Part shown: one piece after another, positions 17,012-26,833 of the stretch
Layout: each line of letters starts with the position of its first letter
Position numbering within the stretch: position 1 is the first letter of the stretch
From: an uncultured archaeon
GTDB lineage: Archaea > Halobacteriota > Archaeoglobi > Archaeoglobales > Archaeoglobaceae
NCBI GenBank assembly: GCA_964534325.1
Contig: CAZHOR010000003.1
Coordinates: 16,664-80,663, forward strand
Direction of reading: 5' to 3'
DNA: 64,000 nt
Translations under genes and position numbers: made by a program
Notes under the pieces: generated by a model
What the model was told of the DNA's origin: nothing
The model's database searches: none
Seen by the model: only the letters and a program-made list of their open reading frames with translations

Positions 17012-18445
17012 ATGTTCCAGATAGCTATAGACAGGGATCAGTGCGAGAAATGCCTCAGATGCGTCCGCTACTGCCCCACCGGAGCACTTGACAGAGAAGG
17101 GAAGAGGCCGGTAGTTAAGAACCAATCTGAATGTGTGGGTTGCGGTAATTGTGTTGACGTTTGTCCCGCAGAAGCCATCCAGGTCTCAGGAACATCTGAT
17201 ATGGAGGATAGAGGTATTTGGGGTAGAGCTGTTGTAAGGGATATCCGGAAGAAAGCTGAAGTGGGAACCTACATAGTGAGGGGCACGGGAGCTACTCGAC
17301 CTCTCCCCCACTTTGACGAGCTGGTTATTCTACCGGCTCAGACCTCCAGGCCCTCTATAGATAAGTACCGGGAGCCCTGCAACACTCAGGTAGTTCTGGG
17401 AGACCGATATGCAGAAAACCCCCTTGTCATCGACACGCCCATCATGGGGGCCGCCATGAGCTTTGGTGCGGTCAGCCTGGAGACCAAGGTGGCCATCGCC
17501 AAAGGAACCGCCATGTCGGGAACTGCCACCAACACCGGCGAAGGAGGCATGCATCCGGAGGAAAGAAAACACTCTAAACTCCTCATCGCCCAATATGCCA
17601 GCGGGAGGTTCGGAATATCTGCAAGAACTCTTAACACCGCTGATGCTGTAGAGATAAAGATAGGACAGGGAGCCAAGGCAGGAATGGGAGGCCACCTCCT
17701 GGGAGAAAAGGTTTCGGAAGAGATAGCCCGGATCAGAGGAATCCCTCCCGGAACCGACGCCCTCTCACCCTCCAGACATATGGACATTATCGGTCCAGAA
17801 GACCTTGCCATGAAAATAGAGCAGTTAAGGGAGATCACCGACTGGAAGATCCCCATTGCCGTGAAATATTCTGCGGGGAGAGTTACTGATGATGTGAAAA
17901 TAGCTGCAAAAGCCGGGGCGGATATAGTTGTGGTTGACGGCATGCAGGGTGGAACGGGAGCAACTCCCGATGTTGTCGCCGAGCATGCAGGAATACCCAC
18001 TGTTGGCGCCATCGTTCAGGCAGATGAGGCCTTAAGAGAGCTGAAATTGAGGAGCGAGGTCAGTCTGGTGGCAGCCGGAGGGATTAGAAGCGGTGCTGAT
18101 GTGGCCAAAGCTCTGGCCCTCGGTGCTGATGCTGTCCAGATGGGGACAGGAATGCTCATCGCACTGGGGTGTACGGTGTGCAGGCAGTGCTATCTGGGGA
18201 AGTGCCCCATGGGTATCGCCACCCAGGATGAGAAGCTCCGCAGGAGACTGAAACCCGATAAAGGCAGCATTAAGGTGCACAATTACATCAAGGCCATGAC
18301 AGAGGAACTCAAAATTCTTACTCAGCAGGCGGGCAAGACCGACGTGAGAAACCTGGAGCTGGAGGACTTGAGATCATTGAACATAAACATATCGGCAATA
18401 ACCGGAACCGACCTCATGGGATGGGATAAACCCTTCAGGTTTTAA
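17012..18445 (+). CDS. Archaeal glutamate synthase, FMN/Fe-S domain subunit with N-terminal 2x[4Fe-4S] ferredoxin
   Basis: CEKCLRCVRYCP and CVGCGNCVDVCP ferredoxin motifs, then a TIM-barrel region (IKIGQGAKAGMGGHLLG, VVDGMQGGTGA, GGIRSGADVAKALALGAD) and CxxCxxxxC for the 3Fe/4Fe cluster. Confidence 0.9.
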   Translation: MFQIAIDRDQCEKCLRCVRYCPTGALDREGKRPVVKNQSECVGCGNCVDVCPAEAIQVSGTSDMEDRGIWGRAVVRDIRKKAEVGTYIVRGTGATRPLPHFDELVILPAQTSRPSIDKYREPCNTQVVLGDRYAENPLVIDTPIMGAAMSFGAVSLETKVAIAKGTAMSGTATNTGEGGMHPEERKHSKLLIAQYASGRFGISARTLNTADAVEIKIGQGAKAGMGGHLLGEKVSEEIARIRGIPPGTDALSPSRHMDIIGPEDLAMKIEQLREITDWKIPIAVKYSAGRVTDDVKIAAKAGADIVVVDGMQGGTGATPDVVAEHAGIPTVGAIVQADEALRELKLRSEVSLVAAGGIRSGADVAKALALGADAVQMGTGMLIALGCTVCRQCYLGKCPMGIATQDEKLRRRLKPDKGSIKVHNYIKAMTEELKILTQQAGKTDVRNLELEDLRSLNINISAITGTDLMGWDKPFRF

Positions 18446-18523
18446 TCCTGTTCAGAGGAAAACAAGCCCATCGATTTTTAAAATAACCTAAAACTTTTTT
18501 ACTCAATAAATTAAATTCATCTT

Positions 18524-19945
18524 ATGGAAAACATGACCTCAATAACCGGCAAAGAAATGATGGTTGTGGACACCAATTGCGAGTATTACGGCCTCTCAAG
18601 ACTCCAGTTAATGGAGAATGCAGGAAGAGGGCTGGCAGAAGAAATAATTAAACGCTTTGATAGTGGCAAGGTCACTATCTATGCGGGCTTGGGCAATAAT
18701 GGGGGAGATGCGTTTGTTGCCGCCCGCTTCCTCCACAATTTCGATGTTAAAGTGATGGTTCTTGGGAAAGTATCTGACATTAAATCGGATATTGCCAGAA
18801 GAAATGCGGACATATTGAAGAAATGTGGAGTCCCCATTACTGAGATCAGGGATTCTACAATGCTCCAGCAGGACGATTCTGATATCATTGTCGATGCCAT
18901 GCTGGGAACGGGGGTGAGAGGAAAGCTTAGAGAGCCTTATGCTACTGCTGTGGATCTGATAAATTCCAGTAACGGGTATGTAGTGTCCGTTGATGTCCCC
19001 ACCGGTCTCGACACTGATACGGGAGATTATTACAACTTGATAAGATCCGATCTAACTGTCACCTTTCATAAAATGAAATCCGGTCTTAGGAATGCTGGAG
19101 AAGTGGTGGTGAAGAGCATTGGGATACCTTCATTCATGGAGAAGTTGACAGGTCCCGGAGACGTAAAAAGAACTTATCACCGTTTTTCCGGTGGGCACAA
19201 AGGCACCCATGGCAAGATCCTGGTCATTGGAGGGGGGCCTTATAGTGGTGCTCCCGCATTGACTGCTATGGCAGCCTATGCAGCAGGAGCCGATCTGGTG
19301 AATATTGTGGTGCCGGAAACGGTTTATGACATAGTAGCTTCATTTTCTCCTAACCTGATCGTAAGAAAGGTTAAAGGAGAAGAAATTTCTGTAGAACATA
19401 TAGAGCAGCTCAAAGAAGTGATGAAGAAATTCCACGTAGTGGTCATGGGTATGGGCAGTGAGAATATAGGGGAGTTCTCACAAGAGTTCCTCAAATACAC
19501 TAATAAGGCGGTACTGGATGCTGGAGCCCTGATAACACAAGTTCCGGAGGGTTGTGAGTGTATTATGACCCCACACTCTACGGAGTTCACGAATACCTTT
19601 GGATACAAGTTTGAGGGTGAAAAAGATGTAAAAAAAGCTGCCCAGAGCTCTGGAGCCACCATATTGCTTAAATCCGTTGAGGACGTTATCTCGGATGGGG
19701 AGAAGGTCAAAGTAAATAGAGCGGGAAATGCGGGCATGACCGTGGGGGGGACCGGCGACCTCCTCGCGGGAGTTGCCGGAGCGTTTCTCTCACTCGATGA
19801 ACCGTTCTGGAGCGCCTCAAGCGCTGCATATATAAATGGAAGAGCTGGAGATATACTAATGGAAAAGGTGGGATATAATTATACTGCGATGGACATGCTT
19901 TCCGGTATTTCAATGGCTATTAAGGAGTCGATGGACTTTGAATAG
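18524..19945 (+). CDS. nnr: Bifunctional NAD(P)H-hydrate repair enzyme (epimerase + ADP-dependent dehydratase)
   Basis: YjeF-N domain (GLGNNGGDAFVAARFL, VDAMLGTG) and YjeF-C/carbohydrate kinase domain (HKGTHGKILVIGGG, GNAGMTVGGTGDLLAG). Confidence 0.85.
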   Translation: MENMTSITGKEMMVVDTNCEYYGLSRLQLMENAGRGLAEEIIKRFDSGKVTIYAGLGNNGGDAFVAARFLHNFDVKVMVLGKVSDIKSDIARRNADILKKCGVPITEIRDSTMLQQDDSDIIVDAMLGTGVRGKLREPYATAVDLINSSNGYVVSVDVPTGLDTDTGDYYNLIRSDLTVTFHKMKSGLRNAGEVVVKSIGIPSFMEKLTGPGDVKRTYHRFSGGHKGTHGKILVIGGGPYSGAPALTAMAAYAAGADLVNIVVPETVYDIVASFSPNLIVRKVKGEEISVEHIEQLKEVMKKFHVVVMGMGSENIGEFSQEFLKYTNKAVLDAGALITQVPEGCECIMTPHSTEFTNTFGYKFEGEKDVKKAAQSSGATILLKSVEDVISDGEKVKVNRAGNAGMTVGGTGDLLAGVAGAFLSLDEPFWSASSAAYINGRAGDILMEKVGYNYTAMDMLSGISMAIKESMDFE

Positions 19946-20822
19946 TTCAATTAAACCCCAAAATAACTCAAACTCGGATTCAAGGCTAAGATTTGGCTGT
20001 AGAGCTGTTCTCATTGCGTTGGTTATCCTGGCAACTGTTAAAGTAGGGGGAGCTGCTGTGGTTCACGGCACCGTTTACTCTTGGGAGACCTTGGAGCCAT
20101 TACCCAAAACAGAGATCATTGTCAATACTACGCCTGAACAGCACATGATCTCTGAAGACGGTACCTACGAAATAAACCTCTCCACAGGCACTTACAGTCT
20201 GGAGGCAGTCTATTACCGGCAAGGTAGCGTAGAATTATATGCCCAGAAAAATATAACCATTGAAAGGGGAGGGGACTATAAAATAGACCTCATTCTATTC
20301 CCACCGCTCTCTGATATAAGTCCTGAAGAGCCGGAAGACCTCAATTTCTCCGTAGACGAGGATAACCAAACCGTTGGGGCTGGTGGGGATGGCACTGAGG
20401 GGGACAGTGGAGAGACTAATGTTTTTGATCTCCTGTTACCTGTTATTTTGGTAATCCTTCTTGTTGGGGGTTCTTCTGCATATATCGTTGTGAGGAAAAA
20501 GCGGTTTGGACCCGCAGAAGAAGATTCAAGTGAAAGAAAAAGTGAAAGTGAGCCATACACCGTCAAGGAGCCGGAGGACTCTAAGGAACCATTAGAGGAA
20601 CCTGCCGAATTTGAGGAGCTTCCTGAGGATCTCCAAGAGGCATTATCCATTATAAGGAAAGAGGGCGGTAGGATAACCCAGAAGAACTTGAGAAAGAAGA
20701 TGGGCTACTCGGAAGCCAAGATGAGTCTGGTCATAGCCGACCTGGAGAGGAGGAATATCGTGGAGAAGGTTAAGAAAGGTAGAGGAAATATTATCTTCTT
20801 AAAGGACTCGGAAAACCTGTGA
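19938..20822 (+). CDS. Membrane-associated protein: carboxypeptidase-regulatory-like ectodomain, TM helix, acidic linker, C-terminal winged HTH
   Basis: Signal anchor, VHGTVYSWETLEPLPKTEIIVNT...GTYSLEAVY beta-sandwich, TM LLLPVILVILLVGGSSAYIVV, and C-terminal RKEGGRITQKNLRKKMGYSEAKMSLVIADLERRNIVEKVKKGRGNIIFL. Confidence 0.6.
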   Translation: MNSSIKPQNNSNSDSRLRFGCRAVLIALVILATVKVGGAAVVHGTVYSWETLEPLPKTEIIVNTTPEQHMISEDGTYEINLSTGTYSLEAVYYRQGSVELYAQKNITIERGGDYKIDLILFPPLSDISPEEPEDLNFSVDEDNQTVGAGGDGTEGDSGETNVFDLLLPVILVILLVGGSSAYIVVRKKRFGPAEEDSSERKSESEPYTVKEPEDSKEPLEEPAEFEELPEDLQEALSIIRKEGGRITQKNLRKKMGYSEAKMSLVIADLERRNIVEKVKKGRGNIIFLKDSENL

Positions 20823-21020
20823 TGGCAATTTACGGGTATCAAGAAGTTTAAAAACATTTTATTAGTATCAACCACTTAAGCGCTTTTATTTAAAGTTTAG
20901 AACCCACATCATCAAAATTTTGTACTTTAATAATGATCATCTATCTTGCCCACAACTATCTTATAAATTCAAAAACTTAATATACTCTTATGATGATTGT
21001 TATTGTAAGGATGTGTTAAT

Positions 21021-21386
21021 ATGGTGGTCAAAATACTGGTGGTTGACGACTCCCAATTCATGAGAAAACTATTGAGACGAATTCTGGAATCCAACTCGGG
21101 CTACACTATTGTCGGAGAAGCCGAAAATGGTGTCGAGGCAGTACAAAAAGCATCGGAGCTCAAACCGGATGTTATTATGATGGATATTGTTATGCCGGTG
21201 AAGGATGGGATCGCAGCCACAGCTGAAATAAAAGGCTCAAATTCTGGGTTCAAAGTAGTGATGTGCACTTCTGTAGGACAGGAAGAAAAGATGAAGCAAG
21301 CAATCAAGGCAGGGGCCGATGGCTACATCACCAAACCGTTCCAGGGTCCAAAGGTTGTTGAAGCGATTCAGGGCGTCATTGGTTGA
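21021..21386 (+). CDS. cheY: Chemotaxis response regulator CheY
   Basis: 121-aa receiver: KILVVDDSQFMR, PDVIMMDIVMP (phospho-Asp), TSVGQ, KAGADGYITKPF. Confidence 0.9.
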   Translation: MVVKILVVDDSQFMRKLLRRILESNSGYTIVGEAENGVEAVQKASELKPDVIMMDIVMPVKDGIAATAEIKGSNSGFKVVMCTSVGQEEKMKQAIKAGADGYITKPFQGPKVVEAIQGVIG

Positions 21387-21407
21387 TCACACGTTTAAGG
21401 GGGCTTT

Positions 21408-22442
21408 ATCATTATCAGGACTTTAGTGGTTGACGACTCCAAGTTCATGCGGACTATTATATCGGACATCCTCAATTCAGACCCTGAGATTGAGGTTATT
21501 GGGGAAGCCGAAGATGGGAACAGGGCCATTGAGCTAACGAACTTATTGAAACCCGATGTAGTCACCATGGATGTGGAAATGCCCAAAATGGACGGTATAA
21601 CCGCCCTTAAAGAAATAACCAGATCAATAAACCACCCTGTCGTAGTGATGCTCAGTGCAAAAACCCAGGATGGCGCGGATGCAACTCTGGAAGCACTTGA
21701 GCGGGGAGCGGTCGATTTCATTCCCAAACCTTCAGGAACTATCTCCCCCGATTTGAGAAGGGATGGAATAGAGATAATTGAGAAGGTGAAAACTGCGGTC
21801 AAAGCTAACTTGCCCCCTTCGGCAGAGATAAAACCCGTTAAAGAAAGAGTTAAGCCTCTGGAGAAGTTGCTGGTGATAGGAGCGTCAACTGGCGGCCCCC
21901 CCATGGTGGAAAAAATATTATCCAAACTTCCATTATCTGCAAAATTCAGGATTGTTGTCGTCCAGCACATGCCCAAGGAGTTCACTCTAAGGTTCTCCAA
22001 TAGATTGGACTCCATCTCCGAATACTCTGTTAAGGAGGCGGAAGATGGTGATAAGGTTGAGCCCGGTTGTGCTCTGGTTGCCCCCGGAGATTATCACTTG
22101 ATTCTGGAAAAAGGCAATAACGGAATTTTTGTTAGGCTGAACCAAGACGCCCCCATAAACAACGTTCGCCCTTCTGTGGAGCCGACTCTGATATCTGCCT
22201 CCAGAGTTGATGGAGCGAATACCATTGCGGTTATACTTACCGGAATGGGAAAAGATGGCCAGGTGGGAGTTCAATTCGTCAAAAAATCGGGCGGAAAAGT
22301 TATTGCTCAGAACAAAGAAAGTTCAGTAGTTTTTGGAATGCCTAAAAGGGCCATAGAAACAGGATGTGTGGATGTAGTGGCCGATATTTCGGGTATTGTT
22401 GATAACATCATCAAAATCGCGGGTGATGGTAATGGACGATGA
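21408..22442 (+). CDS. cheB: Protein-glutamate methylesterase CheB (start codon uncertain)
   Basis: Receiver domain plus methylesterase domain (LVIGASTGGP, VVVQHMP, GMGKDG). The first canonical start is GTG 21426. That start would delete receiver strand beta-1, whereas the open frame upstream reads IIIRTLVVDDS after an AAGGGGG SD-like box. Confidence 0.85.
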   Translation: MIIRTLVVDDSKFMRTIISDILNSDPEIEVIGEAEDGNRAIELTNLLKPDVVTMDVEMPKMDGITALKEITRSINHPVVVMLSAKTQDGADATLEALERGAVDFIPKPSGTISPDLRRDGIEIIEKVKTAVKANLPPSAEIKPVKERVKPLEKLLVIGASTGGPPMVEKILSKLPLSAKFRIVVVQHMPKEFTLRFSNRLDSISEYSVKEAEDGDKVEPGCALVAPGDYHLILEKGNNGIFVRLNQDAPINNVRPSVEPTLISASRVDGANTIAVILTGMGKDGQVGVQFVKKSGGKVIAQNKESSVVFGMPKRAIETGCVDVVADISGIVDNIIKIAGDGNGR

Positions 22443-24543
22443 ATACATCGAAGTTTTTGTAGAAGAAAGCAAAAGTCTGCTCACGGACCTGAACAATCTG
22501 CTTCTGGAGCTGGAAGAAGAACCCCATAATGTGGATGTAATGACCTCTATTTTCCGCAATGCCCACACCTTGAAAGGAAACAGTGCTGCAATGGGATTTG
22601 AAAACCTGTCCGAGACAGCCCACGCCATCGAAGACCTTCTGGATGCTCTTAGACAGGGTAAAACCAAAATGGACAACCAGATAATGAACCTCATCTTTGA
22701 AGGAGTTGACATGATAGAATTGCTTCTGGGTGAGATCGTGGAATCGGGAACGACCAGCACTCAACCCAGTGAACTCATCAACAGGATAAGAGGAAGGTTA
22801 GAAGGTCAGGATGAAGAGCGGGAAGAGCAGGGAGAGCAGGCGGGTTATGACTCAACTCATCAAGAACCTCATACTTCTCATACTCCTCAAAATTCAAAGG
22901 ACCACTATGAACCCGCTGGTTCCGCATCTGGAAGTCATGAAGTTGAAGTCTCTGAGCAAGAAGCCGATGATTATGGCCCGCAGGAGAGGGTCAGGTTAAA
23001 GGTGAAGGTAAATCCTGATTCCCAGATGAAGGGAATAGATGCCATGCTCATTATCAAGAATATTGAAGAAGTCGCGGAAATGGTCAGCGCAAATCCGTCT
23101 GTCAACCACATAGAAGATGGGGATTTTGAAGACTGGTTCGAAGTCGTTCTGAGGGGGAGTGTGGAAACAGTCCAGCAAATGGTGGGCAAAATTCCTCAGA
23201 TCAAGGAATACAAACTGGATGTACAGGAGCAGTCCCAAGAAGAGAGCGACAAAGAGAACTTTGAGGAAACAGAATATACAGAAAGAACAGAAAAAGGATC
23301 AGAAGAACCACAGGCCCGGCAAGAACAGAAGCCGTCCACAGCCGCAGCCACTGAAACGGCCACATCTACTACCGCGAATGCGAATGCCAGGGCAAAGATG
23401 AAGTCGCAGGATATTCAGTCCATACGCATCGGTATCCACAAGCTAGATGAATTGATGAACATGGTCGAAGAACTGGTGGTCAGGAAGCTGAAGCTGGAGA
23501 ACTCTCTTTCTCAAGAGGCTAAGAAGAGCGTAGGAGATGAATTCTCCACTTTTGAGAGGATCCTCAGCAGGCTGCAGGATACTGTAATGGATTTGAGGCT
23601 GATACCTCTCAAGTACGTGGTCGATCGCTTACCCCGTGTGGTCAGAGACCTGTCCAAGTCCTTAGGAAAGGAGATCGATTTTGAGATTGAGGGCAAGGAA
23701 GTGACCGTGGATAGAACCGTTCTGGATAAGATACAGGACCCTCTGATACACATAGTGAGGAACTCTGTGGACCACGGAATTGAGACTCCAGAGGTTAGGG
23801 AACAGGCCGGGAAGGATAGAGCAGGCAAACTGACTTTATCTGCCTCTAAACTTAAAGACCACGTGCTTATAGAGATAAAAGACGATGGAAAAGGTCTTGA
23901 CCCGGACAAGATAAAGCAAAAAGCCATTGATAACGGCTTGATCTCTAAAGAAGAGGCAGAGGAGTTGTCCCATAGTGAAGTCTATAATCTCATTCTTATG
24001 CCCGGTTTCAGCACGGCTGAGCAGGTAACCGATGTATCTGGGAGAGGAGTGGGAACCGATATAATCCAGAACACGGTCAAATCACTGGGCGGCTCGGTCG
24101 AAGTTGACTCTCAAAAAGGAAAGGGAACCACTTTCAGGCTTCGATTGCCCCTCTCCATGGCGATCAGTCAGATATTGCTGGTCAAAGTTAAGGATGAGAA
24201 ATACGGGATACCCATAAAAGATATCCTCAAAGTTGAGCCAGTTGATAAGTGTGAAATAAGGTATGCTGGCGGCAATGACCAGCTGGTAATGGAAGATAAC
24301 ATAATACCCATAATACATCTTAAAAGAGCTTTAGGAGTTGATTACAACTCCAACAGCGAAAAAATGATCGTTATTGTCTCATCTGTTGACAAGAAGTTCG
24401 CATTAGCATGTGACTCTGTTTTGGACCAGAAAGAGGTAGTAGTGAAGTCTCTGGGCATGCTCAAAAGTGTAGAGGGCATTTCGGGGATCTCCATTTTGGG
24501 TGAAGGAGAAGTAGTGCCCATACTCGATATAAACTCGCTTTAG
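22432..24543 (+). CDS. cheA: Chemotaxis histidine kinase CheA
   Basis: Hpt domain (FRNAHTLKGNSAAMG), acidic linker, dimerisation and HATPase domains (HIVRNSVDHGIE, DDGKGLD, GRGVGTD, GKGTTF), C-terminal CheW-like domain. ATG 22432 overlaps the cheB stop. Confidence 0.9.
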   Translation: MDDEYIEVFVEESKSLLTDLNNLLLELEEEPHNVDVMTSIFRNAHTLKGNSAAMGFENLSETAHAIEDLLDALRQGKTKMDNQIMNLIFEGVDMIELLLGEIVESGTTSTQPSELINRIRGRLEGQDEEREEQGEQAGYDSTHQEPHTSHTPQNSKDHYEPAGSASGSHEVEVSEQEADDYGPQERVRLKVKVNPDSQMKGIDAMLIIKNIEEVAEMVSANPSVNHIEDGDFEDWFEVVLRGSVETVQQMVGKIPQIKEYKLDVQEQSQEESDKENFEETEYTERTEKGSEEPQARQEQKPSTAAATETATSTTANANARAKMKSQDIQSIRIGIHKLDELMNMVEELVVRKLKLENSLSQEAKKSVGDEFSTFERILSRLQDTVMDLRLIPLKYVVDRLPRVVRDLSKSLGKEIDFEIEGKEVTVDRTVLDKIQDPLIHIVRNSVDHGIETPEVREQAGKDRAGKLTLSASKLKDHVLIEIKDDGKGLDPDKIKQKAIDNGLISKEEAEELSHSEVYNLILMPGFSTAEQVTDVSGRGVGTDIIQNTVKSLGGSVEVDSQKGKGTTFRLRLPLSMAISQILLVKVKDEKYGIPIKDILKVEPVDKCEIRYAGGNDQLVMEDNIIPIIHLKRALGVDYNSNSEKMIVIVSSVDKKFALACDSVLDQKEVVVKSLGMLKSVEGISGISILGEGEVVPILDINSL

Positions 24544-24556
24544 GAGGTGAATTTAG

Positions 24557-25147
24557 GTGAGAGTTGATCTTAACAAATTAAATGAATTGAATCGGATGGC
24601 AAAGAAAGGAGCCACAAATGTGGCCCACAACTTGACCCAGATGCTGGGGATAGATGTGGAGATGAGCGTTACCAGAATAGAGTTCGTCAGCCTTCCCGAC
24701 ATCCCTGAGACCATCGGCGACCAGGAAGTGGTGGGAGTGTATCTGACGTTCAACGGAACCCCATCAGGATATCTGCTCGCTTTATTTCCCACCAGTAGTG
24801 CAAAGAAGGTTGTCAGTCTCCTTTTAGAAGGGATCGAAGAGAACGAATCTGACAGCTTTTCGGATATGGATATCTCTGCCATAAGCGAAGTGGGGAACAT
24901 AATAACCAGCTCTTTCATAGACGGATGGGCTGATTTCCTTAAAACAGAAATCAATATCTCTACCCCACAGACAGTACACGATATCGGGTCGGCAGTGATA
25001 GACCCATTGCTCATTCAAGTTGCTCAGGACTACGATAACGCTTTCCTGTTCAACAGCTTGATACACACTAAGAATAACGATATTAGTTGCGAATTATTTG
25101 TAATTCCGGAGATTACCAGGCTCATGGAAGCAGTTGAAAACATATGA
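24557..25147 (+). CDS. cheC: CheY-P phosphatase CheC
   Basis: 196 aa. ELNRMAKKGATNVAHNLTQMLG and DISAISEVGNIITSSF repeat motifs of the CheC/FliY family. GTG start after AGGAGGTGA. Confidence 0.8.
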   Translation: MRVDLNKLNELNRMAKKGATNVAHNLTQMLGIDVEMSVTRIEFVSLPDIPETIGDQEVVGVYLTFNGTPSGYLLALFPTSSAKKVVSLLLEGIEENESDSFSDMDISAISEVGNIITSSFIDGWADFLKTEINISTPQTVHDIGSAVIDPLLIQVAQDYDNAFLFNSLIHTKNNDISCELFVIPEITRLMEAVENI

Positions 25148-25608
25148 ATTCGATCAGAGTTAGGATGGGGGACTACTTGGTGTCCAACAGTAAAAAAATT
25201 CTGATTACTACTGTAGGCTCTTGCGTAGCCATAGGGCTGTCAGACGGGAATGGCATTGGAGGGTTGGCCCACATAATGCTGCCGGAGTATGACGGAAAGA
25301 CCGAGCTGATCGGGAAATATGCGGACACAGCGATCCCCGCTATGGTGGAAGAGATGAGGCAGTACAGCTCCGATGATAACGGCTTTAAGGCCAAAATAGC
25401 GGGAGGAGCCCAGATGTTCAGCTTCCCCTCTCCAACCACGTCCATAGGCCAGAGGAATGTCCAGAAGGTAAAGGAAGTGCTGGAAGAGATGGGCATTACG
25501 GTCGAAGGAAAAGATGTAGGTAAAAACCACGGGAGAACTGTTGAGTTCTACATAGCAGAGGGCAAAATGCTGATCAAACAATCGAACAAAGTGATCCTGG
25601 AATTATGA
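25144..25608 (+). CDS. cheD: Chemoreceptor glutamine deamidase CheD
   Basis: TTVGSCVAIGL, GGLAHIMLP, AKIAGGAQMF, IGQRNV motifs. ATGA overlap with cheC. Confidence 0.85.
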   Translation: MNSIRVRMGDYLVSNSKKILITTVGSCVAIGLSDGNGIGGLAHIMLPEYDGKTELIGKYADTAIPAMVEEMRQYSSDDNGFKAKIAGGAQMFSFPSPTTSIGQRNVQKVKEVLEEMGITVEGKDVGKNHGRTVEFYIAEGKMLIKQSNKVILEL

Positions 25609-26345
25609 CCATGGCCCTCCTAAGTTATGTTAAGTCGGATCTGGGGCTCAGAGCCTATAAAGACAGTTACCTCATGCGTAGACTGCGGGCCAGAATGGTG
25701 AGGAAGGGCATCGAGACTGAGGAGGATTATCTGAGCGTTCTTAAGAGAGATAAGAAGGAATTGAAGGCCCTTAAGGATTCTTTAAGTATTAATGTCACCA
25801 ATTTTTTCCGCAATCCTGAGGTGTGGGATAGGCTTAAGGAGCTGTTGAGGGATAAGAAAGAGCTCAAAGTATGGAGTGCAGCGTGTGCCGATGGTAGGGA
25901 ACCTTATTCTCTGGCAATAATCTCCTACCAGACCGGAGTGGAAATGAACATCATCGCTACGGACATAAACACAGATGCTCTCCAGAAAGGGAAGGACGGA
26001 ACTTTCTCCAATATCGAGGAAGACCTCTACTATCTGAAAAATGTTCACAGGTATTTCAGGTTCGTGGACGGCAAGTATGTTGTAAAACCCTTCTTGAAGA
26101 ATAATATAAAGTTCGTCACCCACGATATAATAAATAGCCCTCCACCCGCAAAAGATTTTGATCTGGTCTTATGCAGAAATTTTTTGATCTATATAGAGCC
26201 GGAGAACAAGTCGATTGTATCCGAACACCTTGCGGAATCAATGAAGAAAGGAGCATTACTTGTTCTGGGGAAAACTGAGACCTTACCTATAGAGAAGAAA
26301 TTTGAGGCAGTCGATAGAGTAAATAAAATATTCAGGAGGATATAA
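25605..26345 (+). CDS. cheR: Chemotaxis protein methyltransferase CheR
   Basis: TNFFRNPEVW, LKVWSAACADGREPYSLAI, FDLVLCRNFLIYIE SAM-MTase motifs. Confidence 0.85.
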   Translation: MTMALLSYVKSDLGLRAYKDSYLMRRLRARMVRKGIETEEDYLSVLKRDKKELKALKDSLSINVTNFFRNPEVWDRLKELLRDKKELKVWSAACADGREPYSLAIISYQTGVEMNIIATDINTDALQKGKDGTFSNIEEDLYYLKNVHRYFRFVDGKYVVKPFLKNNIKFVTHDIINSPPPAKDFDLVLCRNFLIYIEPENKSIVSEHLAESMKKGALLVLGKTETLPIEKKFEAVDRVNKIFRRI

Positions 26346-26821
26346 TGGAATTCGACAGGCAGTATCGAATATTCATAATCTCCTTCGCATTGGGGATGGG
26401 TTTCTTCGTGTTCGGGGAAGCAATAACAGGGTACTTGCTGACATCAGGAGGCATTCAGGACCTCTTCTGGGGCCTGGGAATAAATACTGCATGGTATATG
26501 GTATTCTTCCTCTTATCTCTATTCTTTCTGGGGGGTCTGAAGTTCATAGATGTCCACCTCATCCAGGCCCATCTGGCTTTACTGGTAATGATAGCCATTT
26601 ATGGTGTATTCCTCACCTTAGACAACCTCTCCTTCTACCTTAACTCCCAATGCCTGTTCTGCATCCTTCCATTTCCTATACCCTATTACATCGGATTCCT
26701 CAAGACCAGGCATCTTGCGGTGATGATCCCGGTCATCGTGTTCTTGATAAGGGACTTGATGCTGGAGAAAGAAAAGCTCGTTCAGCTCCAGCTGATGGAT
26801 AAAATAACCTCACTTCGATAA
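26345..26821 (+). CDS. Hypothetical polytopic membrane protein, translationally coupled to cheR
   Basis: 158 aa with about 4-5 TM helices. Its ATG overlaps the cheR TAA by 1 nt (TAATG). No recognisable family. Confidence 0.55.
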   Translation: MEFDRQYRIFIISFALGMGFFVFGEAITGYLLTSGGIQDLFWGLGINTAWYMVFFLLSLFFLGGLKFIDVHLIQAHLALLVMIAIYGVFLTLDNLSFYLNSQCLFCILPFPIPYYIGFLKTRHLAVMIPVIVFLIRDLMLEKEKLVQLQLMDKITSLR

Positions 26822-26833
26822 CGATAAATAACT

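Noticed and set aside
17386-18012. 208-aa minus-strand ORF rich in Ala/Pro/Ser/Thr
   Set aside because: It is the mirror frame of the GC-richer FMN-domain glutamate synthase gene. Its composition is typical of antisense translation.
21395-22015. 206-aa minus-strand ORF
   Set aside because: It is antisense to cheB and has a Ser/Thr/Ile-rich low-information sequence. The plus strand carries clear receiver and methylesterase motifs.
24553-25014. 153-aa minus-strand ORF
   Set aside because: It is antisense to cheC. It has no start context or motifs.
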